A stretch of 64,000 bases of DNA from assembly GCA_965235115.1 (NCBI GenBank), contig OZ249436.1, positions 24,926,001 to 24,990,000 of the forward strand, written 5' to 3'. The notes below the pieces were generated by a model. The model had not been told where the DNA came from, made no database searches, and worked only from the letters and a program-made list of their open reading frames with translations. Both the position numbers and the translations under genes were made by a program. The number at the start of each line of letters is the position of its first letter. Positions within the stretch are counted from its first letter, which is position 1. This document shows, one piece after another, positions 10,001 through 25,200 of the stretch. This stretch comes from Laetmonice hystrix. Taxonomy: Eukaryota.

Positions 10001-13000
10001 CACCCCGACACGCTTTCCAAACCACTATACCCACCGAGCGACATCCACTCAAATACAGGCTTCGACCGATCCTCACTGTGCCAATAATCCGCCACAAGGC
10101 AAATTCAGTCAATGCAAGCTGGAAAATCGAATGTCAAACCTAATGCTCCCCCCCCCCCAGCACGTTAACTGAAAAAAATCAACTAGCTTGAAAACTAGAA
10201 TATAGCTTTGTTTAGCTAACAATCTACTCTCCCAGCGCCATCAACTCGCATACAGGCGTAAAAGCAAACGCACTGCCCCATATAATGCTCCCAGCCTAAG
10301 ACGATGTTGCAATTAATTTAAGATTAACAAGATGCACTAGTAATCCGATCCAAGCCTAATTACGTCATTGCTAGTTTCATAACCAAATCTCACAGAAAAT
10401 ACCCCACCCGCGCACATAACCTGAAAATATTTAACTTTTATCTCCAATGTATCCCTGTGCACCTAGTAGCACACAAGCGGGCCCAATTTTGACATCCCAA
10501 CACAAATACCGCAAATACCCGCCTAATGGCACAAAAAACTTTCTACCCCGTTGCAAGTCACATTAGCGTGCTGCTTGTCGTAAAAAATGGTGCAGACCAT
10601 TTCTAAAGTCACAGTACCCCACTCCCGGCCTAATATTACGTTTCAGTATCCATATACGCTGCAAGCGGCAGGAACTCGAATACAGGCCTAAAAGTAACCT
10701 CAGTCTAGCAATATCATACTCCCATGCCATATACGAGCTTGTAATTATCTTTAATTAATGGGCTCCGCAGCACCAACCCACTGCATTAACATTTGTTTAA
10801 CAGCTTAACGCACCTTGTAAAATTTTTTCAAGTGCGTAAAAATGCGTGTCCACCTCCACATACTTTAAAAATCACTATACCCACCCAGCGACATCCACTC
10901 TAATACACGCCTAAAAGGAACTTCACTGTCCCATTTGATTCTCCAGCACGTATAGGATGTTTCAAGTAACATTCATCCACGGTCTGGCCCAATAACGTGC
11001 AGCAAGGCATAGTAAGTCAATGCGAGCTCGCATGTCAAACCTAACCCGCCCCCAAGCACATGAGCTGAAAATATTCAAATAGCTTGAAAACTAGAATATA
11101 GCTTTGCTTAATACCATTATACCATCAACTCGCATTACAGGCCTAATGCGAAGCTCCCAGCCTAAAACGAGTTTCCAATTAATTTAAAGTTAACAAGATG
11201 CACTAATAATCGATTCCAAGCCTAATTAGGCCATTGCTAGTTGGATAACCAAATCTCATACAAAATACACCCTCCCGGCAGATGACCTGAGAATATTCAA
11301 CTCTTATGTCCGATATATCCCTGTCCGCTTAGTAGCACCCAGCCGGGCCCCCATTTTGACATTGCAACACCAATACAGCAAGTGCCCAGCTAACAGCACA
11401 AATAACAGGATTCAGGGCTTCCTACCACGTTACAAGTCACAATAGATTGCTGCCTGTCGTAAAAATATACCAGACCATTTTAAAAAGTCACAGAACCCCA
11501 ATCCGGCCCTAATATGTCACTCCCAGTACCAATACACGCTGGAAGCACCATCAACTGAAATTCAGGCCTAGAACCCACCTCTCTCTACCAATATCATGCA
11601 CCTAGTCCGTATACGAGGTTGTAATTTACTTTAATCAACGGGCTGCGCCGCAGCAACCCACTCTGGTCTTTGCAATCTTTTTCAATATGCGTTAACATTT
11701 GTGACCAGCTCAACGCGCCTTGTAAAATTTTTCAAAGTGCGTAAAAGTGTGTGTCCACCCCGACACGCTTTCCAAACCACTATACCCACCGAGCGACATC
11801 CACTCAAATACAGGCTTCGACCGATCCTCACTGTGCCAATAATCCGCCACAAGGCAAATTCAGTCAATGCAAGCTGGAAAATCGAATGTCAAACCTAATG
11901 CTCCCCCCCCCAGCACGTTAACTGAAAAAAATCAACTAGCTTGAAAACTAGAATATAGCTTTGTTTAGCTAACAATCTACTCTCCCAGCGCCATCAACTC
12001 GCATACAGGCGTAAAAGCAAACGCACTGCCCCATATAATGCTCCCAGCCTAAGACGATGTTGCAATTAATTTAAGATTAACAAGATGCACTAGTAATCCG
12101 ATCCAAGCCTAATTACGTCATTGCTAGTTTCATAACCAAATCTCACAGAAAATACCCCACCCGCGCACATAACCTGAAAATATTCAACTTTTATCTCCAA
12201 TGTATCCCTGTGCACCTAGTAGCACCCAAGCGGGCCCAATTTTGACATTCCAACACAAATACCGCAAATACCCGCCTAATGGCACAAAAAAACTTTCTAC
12301 CCCGTTGCAAGTCACATTAGCTTGCTGCTTGTCGTAAAAAATGGTGCAGACCATTTCTAAAGTCACAGTACCCCACTCCCGGCCTAATATTACGTTTCAG
12401 TATCCATATACGCTGCAAGCGGCAAGAACTCGAATACAGGCCTAAAAGTAACCCCAGTCTAGCAATATCATACTCTCATGCCATATACGAGCTTGTAATT
12501 ATCTTTAATTAATGGGCTCCGCAGCACCAACCCACTGCATTAACATTTGTTTAACAGCTTGACGCACCTTGTAAAAAATTTTCAAGTGCGTAAAAATGCG
12601 TGTCCACCTCCACATACTTTAAAAATCACTATACCCACCCAGCGACATTCACTCTAATACACGCCTAAGAGGAACTTCACTGTCCCATTTGATTCTCCAG
12701 CACGTATAGGATGTTTCAAGTAACATTCATCCACGGTCTGGCCCAATAACGTGCAACAAGGCATAGTAAGTCAATGCGAGCTCGCATGTCAAACCTAACC
12801 CGCCCCCCAGCACATGAGCTGAAAATATTCAAATAGCTTGAAAACTAGAATATAGCTTTGCTTAATACCATTATACCATCAACTCGCATTACAGGCCTAA
12901 TGCGAAGCTCCCAGCCTAAAACGAGTTTCCAATTAATTTAAAGTTAACAAGATGCACTAATAATCGATTCCAAGCCTAATTAGGCCATTGCTAGTTGGAT

Positions 13001-16000
13001 AACCAAATCTCATACAAAATACACCCTCCCGGCAGATGACCTGAGAATATTCAACTCTTATGTCCGATATATCCCTGTCCGCTTTGTAGCACCCAGCCGG
13101 GCCCCCATTTTGACATTGCAACACCAATACAGCAAGTGCCCAGCTAACAGCACAAATAACAGGATTCAGGGCTTCCTACCACGTTACAAGTCACAATAGA
13201 TTGCTGCCTGTCGTAAAAATATACCAGACCATTTTAAAAAGTCACAGAACCCCAATCCGGCCCTAATATGTCACTCCCAGTACCAATACACTCTGGAAGC
13301 ACCATCAACTGAAATTCAGGCCTAGAACCCACCTCTCTCTACCAATATCATGCACCTAGTCCGTATACGAGGTTGTAATTTCCTTTAATCAACGGGCTGC
13401 GCCGCAGCAACCCACTCTGGTCTTTGCAATCTTTTTCAATATGCGTTAACATTTGTGACCAGCTCAACGCGCCTTGTAAAATTTTTCAAAGTGCGTAAAA
13501 GTGTCTGTCCACCCCGACACGCTTTCCAAACCACTATACCCACCGAGCGACATCCACTCAAATACAGGCTTCGACCGATCCTCACTGTGCCAATAATCCG
13601 CCACAAGGCAAATTCAGTCAATGCAAGCTGGAAAATCGAATGTCAAACCTAATGCTCCCCCCCCAGCACGTTAACTGAAAAAAATCAACTAGCTTGAAAA
13701 CTAGAATATAGCTTTGTTTAGCTAACAATCTACTCTCCCAGCGCCATCAACTCGCATACAGGCGTAAAAGCAAACGCACTGCCCCATATAATGCTCCCAG
13801 CATAAAACGATGTTGCAATTAATTTAAAATTAACAAGATGCACTAGTAATCCGATCCAAGCTTAATTACGTCATTGCTAGTTTCATAACCAAATCTCACA
13901 GAAAATACCCCACCCGGGCACATAACCTGAAAATATTCAACTTTTATCTCCAATGTATCCCTGTGCACCTAGTAGCACCCAAGCGGGCCCAATTTTGACA
14001 TTCCAACACAAATACCGCAAATACCCGCCTAATGGCACAAAAAACTTTCTACCCCGTTGCAAGTCACATTAGCTTGCTGCTTGTCGTAAAAAATGGTGCA
14101 GACCATTTCTAAAGTCACAGTACCCCACTCCCGGCCTAATATTACGTTTCAGTATCCATATACGCTGCAAGCGGCAGGAACTCGAATACAGGCCTAAAAG
14201 TAACCCCAGTCTAGCAATATCATACTCTCATGCCATATACGAGCTTGTAATTATCTTTAATTAATGGGCTCCGCAGCACCAACCCACTGCATTAACATTT
14301 GTTTAACAGCTTAACGCACCTTGTAAAATTTGTTCAAGTGCGTAAAAATGCGTGTCCACCTCCACATACTTTAAAAATCACTATACCCACCCAGCGACAT
14401 CCACTCTAATACACGCCTAAAAGGAACTTCACTGTCCCATTTGATTCTCCAGCACGTATAGGATGTTTCAAGTAACATTCATCCACGGTCTGGCCCAATA
14501 ACGTGCAACAAGGCATAGTAAGTCAATGCGAGCTCGCATGTCAAACCTAACCCGCCCCCAAGCACATGAGCTGAAAATATTCAAATAGCTTGAAAACTAG
14601 AATATAGCTTTGCTTAATACCATTATACCATCAACTCGCATTACAGGCCTAATGCGAAGCTCCCAGCCTAAAACGAGTTTCCAATTAATTTAAAGTTAAC
14701 AAGATGCACTAATAATCGATTCCAAGCCTAATTAGGCCATTGCTAGTTGGATAACCAAATCTCATACAAAATACACCCTCCCGGCAGATGACCTGAGAAT
14801 ATTCAACTCTTATGTCCGATATATCCCTGTCCGCTTAGTAGCACCCAGCCGGGCCCCCATTTTGACATTGCAACACCAATACAGCAAGTGCCCAGCTAAC
14901 AGCACAAATAACAGGATTCAGGGCTTCCTACCACGTTACAAGTCACAATAGATTGCTGCCTGTCGTAAAAATATACCAGACCATTTTAAAAAGTCACAGA
15001 ACCCCAATCCGGCCCTAATATGTCACTCCCAGTACCAATAGACGCTGGAAGCACCATCAACTGAAATTCAGGCCTAGAACCCACCTCTCTCTACCAATAT
15101 CATGCACCTAGTCCGTATACGAGGTTGTAATTTACTTTAATCAACGGGCTGCGCCGCAGCAACCCACTCTGGTCTTTGCAATCTTTTTCAATATGCGTTA
15201 ACATTTGTGACCAGCTCAACGCGCCTTGTAAAATTTTTCAAAGTGCGTAAAAGTGTCTGTCCACCCCGACACGCTTTCCAAACCACTATACCCACCGAGC
15301 GACATCCACTCAAATACAGGCTTCGACCGATCCTCACTGTGCCAATAATCCGCCACAAGGCAAATTCAGTCAATGCAAGCTGGAAAATCGAATGTCAAAC
15401 CTAATGCTCCCCCCCCCCCAGCACGTTAACTGAAAAAAATCAACTAGCTTGAAAACTAGAATATAGCTTTGTTTAGCTAACAATCTACTCTCCCAGCGCC
15501 ATCAACTCGCATACAGGCGTAAAAGCAAACGCACTGCCCCATATAATGCTCCCAGCCTAAGACGATGTTGCAATTAATTTAAGATTAACAAGATGCACTA
15601 GTAATCCGATCCAAGCCTAATTACGTCATTGCTAGTTTCATAACCAAATCTCACAGAAAATACCCCACCCGCGCACATAACCTGAAAATATTTAACTTTT
15701 ATCTCCAATGTATCCCTGTGCACCTAGTAGCACACAAGCGGGCCCAATTTTGACATCCCAACACAAATACCGCAAATACCCGCCTAATGGCACAAAAAAC
15801 TTTCTACCCCGTTGCAAGTCACATTAGCGTGCTGCTTGTCGTAAAAAATGGTGCAGACCATTTCTAAAGTCACAGTACCCCACTCCCGGCCTAATATTAC
15901 GTTTCAGTATCCATATACGCTGCAAGCGGCAGGAACTCGAATACAGGCCTAAAAGTAACCCCAGTCTAGCAATATCATACTCCCATGCCATATACGAGCT

Positions 16001-19000
16001 TGTAATTATCTTTAATTAATGGGCTCCGCAGCACCAACCCACTGCATTAACATTTGTTTAACAGCTTAACGCACCTTGTAAAATTTGTTCAAGTGCGTAA
16101 AAATGCGTGTCCACCTCCACATACTTTAAAAATCACTATACCCACCCAGCGACATCCACTCTAATACACGCCTAAAAGGAACTTCACTGTCCCATTTGAT
16201 TCTCCAGCACGTATAGGATGTTTCAAGTAACATTCATCCACGGTCTGGCCCAATAACGTGCAACAAGGCATAGTAAGTCAATGCGAGCTCGCATGTCAAA
16301 CCTAACCCGCCCCCAAGCACATGAGCTGAAAATATTCAAATAGCTTGAAAACTAGAATATAGCTTTGCTTAATACCATTATACCATCAACTCGCATTACA
16401 GGCCTAATGCGAAGCTCCCAGCCTAAAACGAGTTTCCAATTAATTTAAAGTTAACAAGATGCACTAATAATCGATTCCAAGCCTAATTAGGCCATTGCTA
16501 GTTGGATAACCAAATCTCATACAAAATACACCCTCCCGGCAGATGACCTGAGAATATTCAACTCTTATGTCCGATATATCCCTGTCCGCTTAGTAGCACC
16601 CAGCCGGGCCCCCATTTTGACATTGCAACACCAATACAGCAAGTGCCCAGCTAACAGCACAAATAACAGGATTCAGGGCTTCCTACCACGTTACAAGTCA
16701 CAATAGATTGCTGCCTGTCGTAAAAATATACCAGACCATTTTAAAAAGTCACAGAACCCCAATCCGGCCCTAATATGTCACTCCCAGTACCAATAGACGC
16801 TGGAAGCACCATCAACTGAAATTCAGGCCTAGAACCCACCTCTCTCTACCAATATCATGCACCTAGTCCGTATACGAGGTTGTAATTTACTTTAATCAAC
16901 GGGCTGCGCCGCAGCAACCCACTCTGGTCTTTGCAATCTTTTTCAATATGCGTTAACATTTGTGACCAGCTCAACGCGCCTTGTAAAATTTTTCAAAGTG
17001 CGTAAAAGTGTCTGTCCACCCCGACACGCTTTCCAAACCACTATACCCACCGAGCGACATCCACTCAAATACAGGCTTCGACCGATCCTCACTGTGCCAA
17101 TAATCCGCCACAAGGCAAATTCAGTCAATGCAAGCTGGAAAATCGAATGTCAAACCTAATGCTCCCCCCCCCCAGCACGTTAACTGAAAAAAATCAACTA
17201 GCTTGAAAACTAGAATATAGCTTTGTTTAGCTAACAATCTACTCTCCCAGCGCCATCAACTCGCATACAGGCGTAAAAGCAAACGCACTGCCCCATATAA
17301 TGCTCCCAGCCTAAGACGATGTTGCAATTAATTTAAGATTAACAAGATGCACTAGTAATCCGATCCAAGCCTAATTACGTCATTGCTAGTTTCATAACCA
17401 AATCTCACAGAAAATACCCCACCCGCGCACATAACCTGAAAATATTTAACTTTTATCTCCAATGTATCCCTGTGCACCTAGTAGCACACAAGCGGGCCCA
17501 ATTTTGACATCCCAACACAAATACCGCAAATACCCGCCTAATGGCACAAAAAACTTTCTACCCCGTTGCAAGTCACATTAGCGTGCTGCTTGTCGTAAAA
17601 AATGGTGCAGACCATTTCTAAAGTCACAGTACCCCACTCCCGGCCTAATATTACGTTTCAGTATCCATATACGCTGCAAGCGGCAGGAACTCGAATACAG
17701 GCCTAAAAGTAACCTCAGTCTAGCAATATCATACTCCCATGCCATATACGAGCTTGTAATTATCTTTAATTAATGGGCTCCGCAGCACCAACCCACTGCA
17801 TTAACATTTGTTTAACAGCTTAACGCACCTTGTAAAATTTTTTCAAGTGCGTAAAAATGCGTGTCCACCTCCACATACTTTAAAAATCACTATACCCACC
17901 CAGCGACATCCACTCTAATACACGCCTAAAAGGAACTTCACTGTCCCATTTGATTCTCCAGCACGTATAGGATGTTTCAAGTAACATTCATCCACGGTCT
18001 GGCCCAATAACGTGCAGCAAGGCATAGTAAGTCAATGCGAGCTCGCATGTCAAACCTAACCCGCCCCCAAGCACATGAGCTGAAAATATTCAAATAGCTT
18101 GAAAACTAGAATATAGCTTTGCTTAATACCATTATACCATCAACTCGCATTACAGGCCTAATGCGAAGCTCCCAGCCTAAAACGAGTTTCCAATTAATTT
18201 AAAGTTAACAAGATGCACTAATAATCGATTCCAAGCCTAATTAGGCCATTGCTAGTTGGATAACCAAATCTCATACAAAATACACCCTCCCGGCAGATGA
18301 CCTGAGAATATTCAACTCTTATGTCCGATATATCCCTGTCCGCTTAGTAGCACCCAGCCGGGCCCCCATTTTGACATTGCAACACCAATACAGCAAGTGC
18401 CCAGCTAACAGCACAAATAACAGGATTCAGGGCTTCCTACCACGTTACAAGTCACAATAGATTGCTGCCTGTCGTAAAAATATACCAGACCATTTTAAAA
18501 AGTCACAGAACCCCAATCCGGCCCTAATATGTCACTCCCAGTACCAATACACGCTGGAAGCACCATCAACTGAAATTCAGGCCTAGAACCCACCTCTCTC
18601 TACCAATATCATGCACCTAGTCCGTATACGAGGTTGTAATTTACTTTAATCAACGGGCTGCGCCGCAGCAACCCACTCTGGTCTTTGCAATCTTTTTCAA
18701 TATGCGTTAACATTTGTGACCAGCTCAACGCGCCTTGTAAAATTTTTCAAAGTGCGTAAAAGTGTGTGTCCACCCCGACACGCTTTCCAAACCACTATAC
18801 CCACCGAGCGACATCCACTCAAATACAGGCTTCGACCGATCCTCACTGTGCCAATAATCCGCCACAAGGCAAATTCAGTCAATGCAAGCTGGAAAATCGA
18901 ATGTCAAACCTAATGCTCCCCCCCCCAGCACGTTAACTGAAAAAAATCAACTAGCTTGAAAACTAGAATATAGCTTTGTTTAGCTAACAATCTACTCTCC

Positions 19001-19295
19001 CAGCGCCATCAACTCGCATACAGGCGTAAAAGCAAACGCACTGCCCCATATAATGCTCCCAGCCTAAGACGATGTTGCAATTAATTTAAGATTAACAAGA
19101 TGCACTAGTAATCCGATCCAAGCCTAATTACGTCATTGCTAGTTTCATAACCAAATCTCACAGAAAATACCCCACCCGCGCACATAACCTGAAAATATTC
19201 AACTTTTATCTCCAATGTATCCCTGTGCACCTAGTAGCACCCAAGCGGGCCCAATTTTGACATTCCAACACAAATACCGCAAATACCCGCCTAAT
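7019..19295. repeat. Higher-order block of 'd-d-e' trimers (7019-12280 and 14034-19295) separated by one monomer
   Basis: ORF-track pattern GGQ, GGQ, GGH+60aa ORF occurs twice, 7015 bp apart; shared SNPs CCTAAGACG, TTAAGATT, AAATTTGTTC. Confidence 0.8.
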
Positions 19296-22200
19296 GGCAC
19301 AAAAAAACTTTCTACCCCGTTGCAAGTCACATTAGCTTGCTGCTTGTCGTAAAAAATGGTGCAGACCATTTCTAAAGTCACAGTACCCCACTCCCGGCCT
19401 AATATTACGTTTCAGTATCCATATACGCTGCAAGCGGCAAGAACTCGAATACAGGCCTAAAAGTAACCCCAGTCTAGCAATATCATACTCTCATGCCATA
19501 TACGAGCTTGTAATTATCTTTAATTAATGGGCTCCGCAGCACCAACCCACTGCATTAACATTTGTTTAACAGCTTGACGCACCTTGTAAAAAATTTTCAA
19601 GTGCGTAAAAATGCGTGTCCACCTCCACATACTTTAAAAATCACTATACCCACCCAGCGACATTCACTCTAATACACGCCTAAGAGGAACTTGACTGTCC
19701 CATTTGATTCTCCAGCACGTATAGGATGTTTCAAGTAACATTCATCCACGGTCTGGCCCAATAACGTGCAACAAGGCATAGTAAGTCAATGCGAGCTCGC
19801 ATGTCAAACCTAACCCGCCCCCCAGCACATGAGCTGAAAATATTCAAATAGCTTGAAAACTAGAATATAGCTTTGCTTAATACCATTATACCATCAACTC
19901 GCATTACAGGCCTAATGCGAAGCTCCCAGCCTAAAACGAGTTTCCAATTAATTTAAAGTTAACAAGATGCACTAATAATCGATTCCAAGCCTAATTAGGC
20001 CATTGCTAGTTGGATAACCAAATCTCATACAAAATACACCCTCCCGGCAGATGACCTGAGAATATTCAACTCTTATGTCCGATATATCCCTGTCCGCTTT
20101 GTAGCACCCAGCCGGGCCCCCATTTTGACATTGCAACACCAATACAGCAAGTGCCCAGCTAACAGCACAAATAACAGGATTCAGGGCTTCCTACCACGTT
20201 ACAAGTCACAATAGATTGCTGCCTGTCGTAAAAATATACCAGACCATTTTAAAAAGTCACAGAACCCCAATCCGGCCCTAATATGTCACTCCCAGTACCA
20301 ATACACTCTGGAAGCACCATCAACTGAAATTCAGGCCTAGAACCCACCTCTCTCTACCAATATCATGCACCTAGTCCGTATACGAGGTTGTAATTTCCTT
20401 TAATCAACGGGCTGCGCCGCAGCAACCCACTCTGGTCTTTGCAATCTTTTTCAATATGCGTTAACATTTGTGACCAGCTCAACGCGCCTTGTAAAATTTT
20501 TCAAAGTGCGTAAAAGTGTGTGTCCACCCCGACACGCTTTCCAAACCACTATACCCACCGAGCGACATCCACTCAAATACAGGCTTCGACCGATCCTCAC
20601 TGTGCCAATAATCCGCCACAAGGCAAATTCAGTCAATGCAAGCTGGAAAATCGAATGTCAAACCTAATGCTCCCCCCCCAGCACGTTAACTGAAAAAAAT
20701 CAACTAGCTTGAAAACTAGAATATAGCTTTGTTTAGCTAACAATCTACTCTCCCAGCGCCATCAACTCGCATACAGGCGTAAAAGCAAACGCACTGCCCC
20801 ATATAATGCTCCCAGCATAAAACGATGTTGCAATTAATTTAAAATTAACAAGATGCACTAGTAATCCGATCCAAGCTTAATTACGTCATTGCTAGTTTCA
20901 TAACCAAATCTCACAGAAAATACCCCACCCGGGCACATAACCTGAAAATATTCAACTTTTATCTCCAATGTATCCCTGTGCACCTAGTAGCACCCAAGCG
21001 GGCCCAATTTTGACATTCCAACACAAATACCGCAAATACCCGCCTAATGGCACAAAAAACTTTCTACCCCGTTGCAAGTCACATTAGCTTGCTGCTTGTC
21101 GTAAAAAATGGTGCAGACCATTTCTAAAGTCACAGTACCCCACTCCCGGCCTAATATTACGTTTCAGTATCCATATACGCTGCAAGCGGCAGGAACTCGA
21201 ATACAGGCCTAAAAGTAACCCCAGTCTAGCAATATCATACTCTCATGCCATATACGAGCTTGTAATTATCTTTAATTAATGGGCTCCGCAGCACCAACCC
21301 ACTGCATTAACATTTGTTTAACAGCTTAACGCACCTTGTAAAAAAATTTTCAAGTGCGTAAAAATGCGTGTCCACCTCCACATACTTTAAAAATCACTAT
21401 ACCCACCCAGCGACATTCACTCTAATACACGCCTAAGAGGAACTTCACTGTCCCATTTGATTCTCCAGCACGTATAGGATGTTTCAAGTAACATTTATCC
21501 ACGGTCTGGCCCAATAACGTGCAACAAGGCATAGTAAGTCAATGCGAGCTCGCATGTCAAACCTAACCCGCCCCCCAGCACATGAGCTGAAAATATTCAA
21601 ATAGCTTGAAAACTAGAATATAGCTTTGCTTAATACCATTATACCATCAACTCGCATTACAGGCCTAATGCGAAGCTCCCAGCCTAAAACGAGTTTCCAA
21701 TTAATTTAAAGTTAACAAGATGCACTAATAATCGATTCCAAGCCTAATTAGGCCATTGCTAGTTGGATAACCAAATCTCATACAAAATACACCCTCCCGG
21801 CAGATGACCTGAGAATATTCAACTCTTATGTCCGATATATCCCTGTCCGCTTAGTAGCACCCAGCCGGGCCCCCATTTTGACATTGCAACACCAATACAG
21901 CAAGTGCCCAGCTAACAGCACAAATAACAGGATTCAGGGCTTCCTACCACGTTACAAGTCACAATAGATTGCTGCCTGTCGTAAAAATATACCAGACCAT
22001 TTTAAAAAGTCACAGAACCCCAATCCGGCCCTAATATGTCACTCCCAGTACCAATACACCCTGGAAGCACCATCAACTGAAATTCAGGCCTAGAACCCAC
22101 CTCTCTCTACCAATATCATGCACCTAGTCCGTATACGAGGTTGTAATTTACTTTAATCAACGGGCTGCGCCGCAGCAACCCACTCTGGTCTTTGCAATCT

Positions 22201-25200
22201 TTTTCAATATGCGTTAACATTTGTAACCAGCTCAACGCGCCTTGTAAAATTTTTCAAAGTGCGTAAAAGTGTGTGTCCATCCCGACACGCTTTCCAAACC
22301 ACTATACCCACCGAGCGACATCCACTCAAATACAGGCTTCGACCGATCCTCACTGTGCCAATAATCCGCCACAAGGCAAATTCAGTCAATGCAAGCTGGA
22401 AAATCGAATGTCAAACCTAATGCTCCCCCCCCCCCAGCACGTTAACTGAAAATAATCAACTAGCTTGAAAACTAGAATATAGCTTTGTTAAGCTAACAAT
22501 CTACTCTCCCAGCGCCATCAACTCGCATACAGGCGTAAAAGCAAACGCACTGCCCCATATAATGCTTCCAGCCTAAAACGATGTTGCAATTAATTTAAAA
22601 TTAACAAGATGCACTAGTAATCCGATCCAAGCCTAATTACGTCATTGCTAGTTTCATAACCAAATCTCACAGAAAATACCCCACCCGCGCACATAACCTG
22701 AAAATATTCAACTTTTATCTCCAATGTATCCCTGTGCACCTAGTAGCACCCAAGCGGGCCCAATTTTGACATTCCAACACAAATACCGCAAATACCCGCC
22801 TAATGGCACAAAAAACTTTCTACCCCGTTGCAAGTCACATTAGCTTGCTGCTTGTCGTAAAAAATGGTGCAGACCATTTCTAAAGTCACAGTACCCCACT
22901 CCCGGCCTAATATTACGTTTCAGTATCCATATACGCTGCAAGCGGCAGGAACTCGAATACAGGCCTAAAAGTAACCCCAGTCTAGCAATATCATACTCTC
23001 ATGCCATATACGAGCTTGTAATTATCTTTAATTAATGGGCTCCGCAGCACCAACCCACTGCATTAACATTTGTTTAACAGCTTGACGCACCTTGTAAAAA
23101 ATTTTCAAGTGCGTAAAAATGCGTGTCCACCTCCACATACTTTAAAAATCACTATACCCACCCAGCGACATTCACTCTAATACACGCCTAAGAGGAACTT
23201 CACTGTCCCATTTGATTCTCCAGCACGTATAGGATGTTTCAAGTAACATTCATCCACGGTCTGGCCCAATAACGTGCAACAAGGCATAGTAAGTCAATGC
23301 GAGCTCGCATGTCAAACCTAACCCGCCCCCCAGCACATGAGCTGAAAATATTCAAATAGCTTGAAAACTAGAATATAGCTTTGCTTAATACCATTATACC
23401 ATCAACTCGCATTACAGGCCTAATGCGAAGCTCCCAGCCTAAAACGAGTTTCCAATTAATTTAAAGTTAACAAGATGCACTAATAATCGATTCCAAGCCT
23501 AATTAGGCCATTGCTAGTTGGATAACCAAATCTCATACAAAATACACCCTCCCGGCAGATGACCTGAGAATATTCAACTCTTATGTCCGATATATCCCTG
23601 TCCGCTTTGTAGCACCCAGCCGGGCCCCCATTTTGACATTGCAACACCAATACAGCAAGTGCCCAGCTAACAGCACAAATAACAGGATTCAGGGCTTCCT
23701 ACCACGTTACAAGTCACAATAGATTGCTGCCTGTCGTAAAAATATACCAGACCATTTTAAAAAGTCACAGAACCCCAATCCGGCCCTAATATGTCACTCC
23801 CAGTACCAATACACTCTGGAAGCACCATCAACTGAAATTCAGGCCTAGAACCCACCTCTCTCTACCAATATCATGCACCTAGTCCGTATACGAGGTTGTA
23901 ATTTACTTTAATCAACGGGCTGCGCCGCAGCAACCCACTCTGGTCTTTGCAATCTTTTTCAATATGCGTTAACATTTGTAACCAGCTCAACGCGCCTTGT
24001 AAAATTTTTCAAAGTGCGTAAAAGTGTGTGTCCACCCCGACACGCTTTCCAAACCACTATACCCACCGAGCGACATCCACTCAAATACAGGCTTCGACCG
24101 ATCCTCACTGTGCCAATAATCCGCCACAAGGCAAATTCAGTCAATGCAAGCTGGAAAATCGAATGTCAAACCTAATACTCCCCCCCCCCAGCACGTTAAC
24201 TGAAAATAATCAACTAGCTTGAAAACTAGAATATAGCTTTGTTTAGCTAACAATCTACTCTCCCAGCGCCATCAACTCGCATACAGGCGTAAAAGCAAAC
24301 GCACTGCCCCATATAATGCTCCCAGCCTAAAACGATGTTGCAATTAATTTAAAATTAACAAGATGCACTAGTAATCCGATCCAAGCTTAATTACGTCATT
24401 GCTAGTTTCATAACCAAATCTCACAGAAAATACCCCACCCGGGCACATAACCTGAAAATATTCAACTTTTATCTCCAATGTATCCCTGTGCACCTAGTAG
24501 CACCCAAGCGGGCCCAATTTTGACATCCCAACACAAATACCGCAAATACCCGCCTAATGGCACAAAAAACTTTCTACCCCGTTGCAAGTCACATTAGCGT
24601 GCTGCTTGTCGTAAAAAATGGTGCAGACCATTTCTAAAGTCACAGTACCCCACTCCCGGCCTAATATTACGTTTCAGTATCCATATACGCTGCAAGCGGC
24701 AGGAACTCGAATACAGGCCTAAAAGTAACCTCAGTCTAGCAATATCATACTCCCATGCCATATACGAGCTTGTAATTATCTTTAATTAATGGGCTCCGCA
24801 GCACCAACCCACTGCATTAACATTTGTTTAACAGCTTAACACACCTTGTAAAATTTTTTCAAGTGCGTAAAAATGCGTGTCCACCTCCACATACTTTAAA
24901 AATCACTATACCCACCCAGCGACATCCACTCTAATACACGCCTAAAAGGAACTTCACTGTCCCATTTGATTCTCCAGCACGTATAGGATGTTTCAAGTAA
25001 CATTCATCCACGGTCTGGCCCAATAACGTGCAACAAGGCATAGTAAGTCAATGCGAGCTCGCATGTCAAACCTAACCCGCCCCCAAGCACATGAGCTGAA
25101 AATATTCAAATAGCTTGAAAACTAGAATATAGCTTTGCTTAATACCATTATACCATCAACTCGCATTACAGGCCTAATGCGAAGCTCCCAGCCTAAAACG

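Noticed and set aside
12184..12366. 60-aa ORF (MTLEMVC...) in four monomers and 64-aa ORF at 56783-56977
   Set aside because: Created by a +1 A in a homopolymer and by a singleton SNP removing a stop, respectively. Useful only as haplotype markers.
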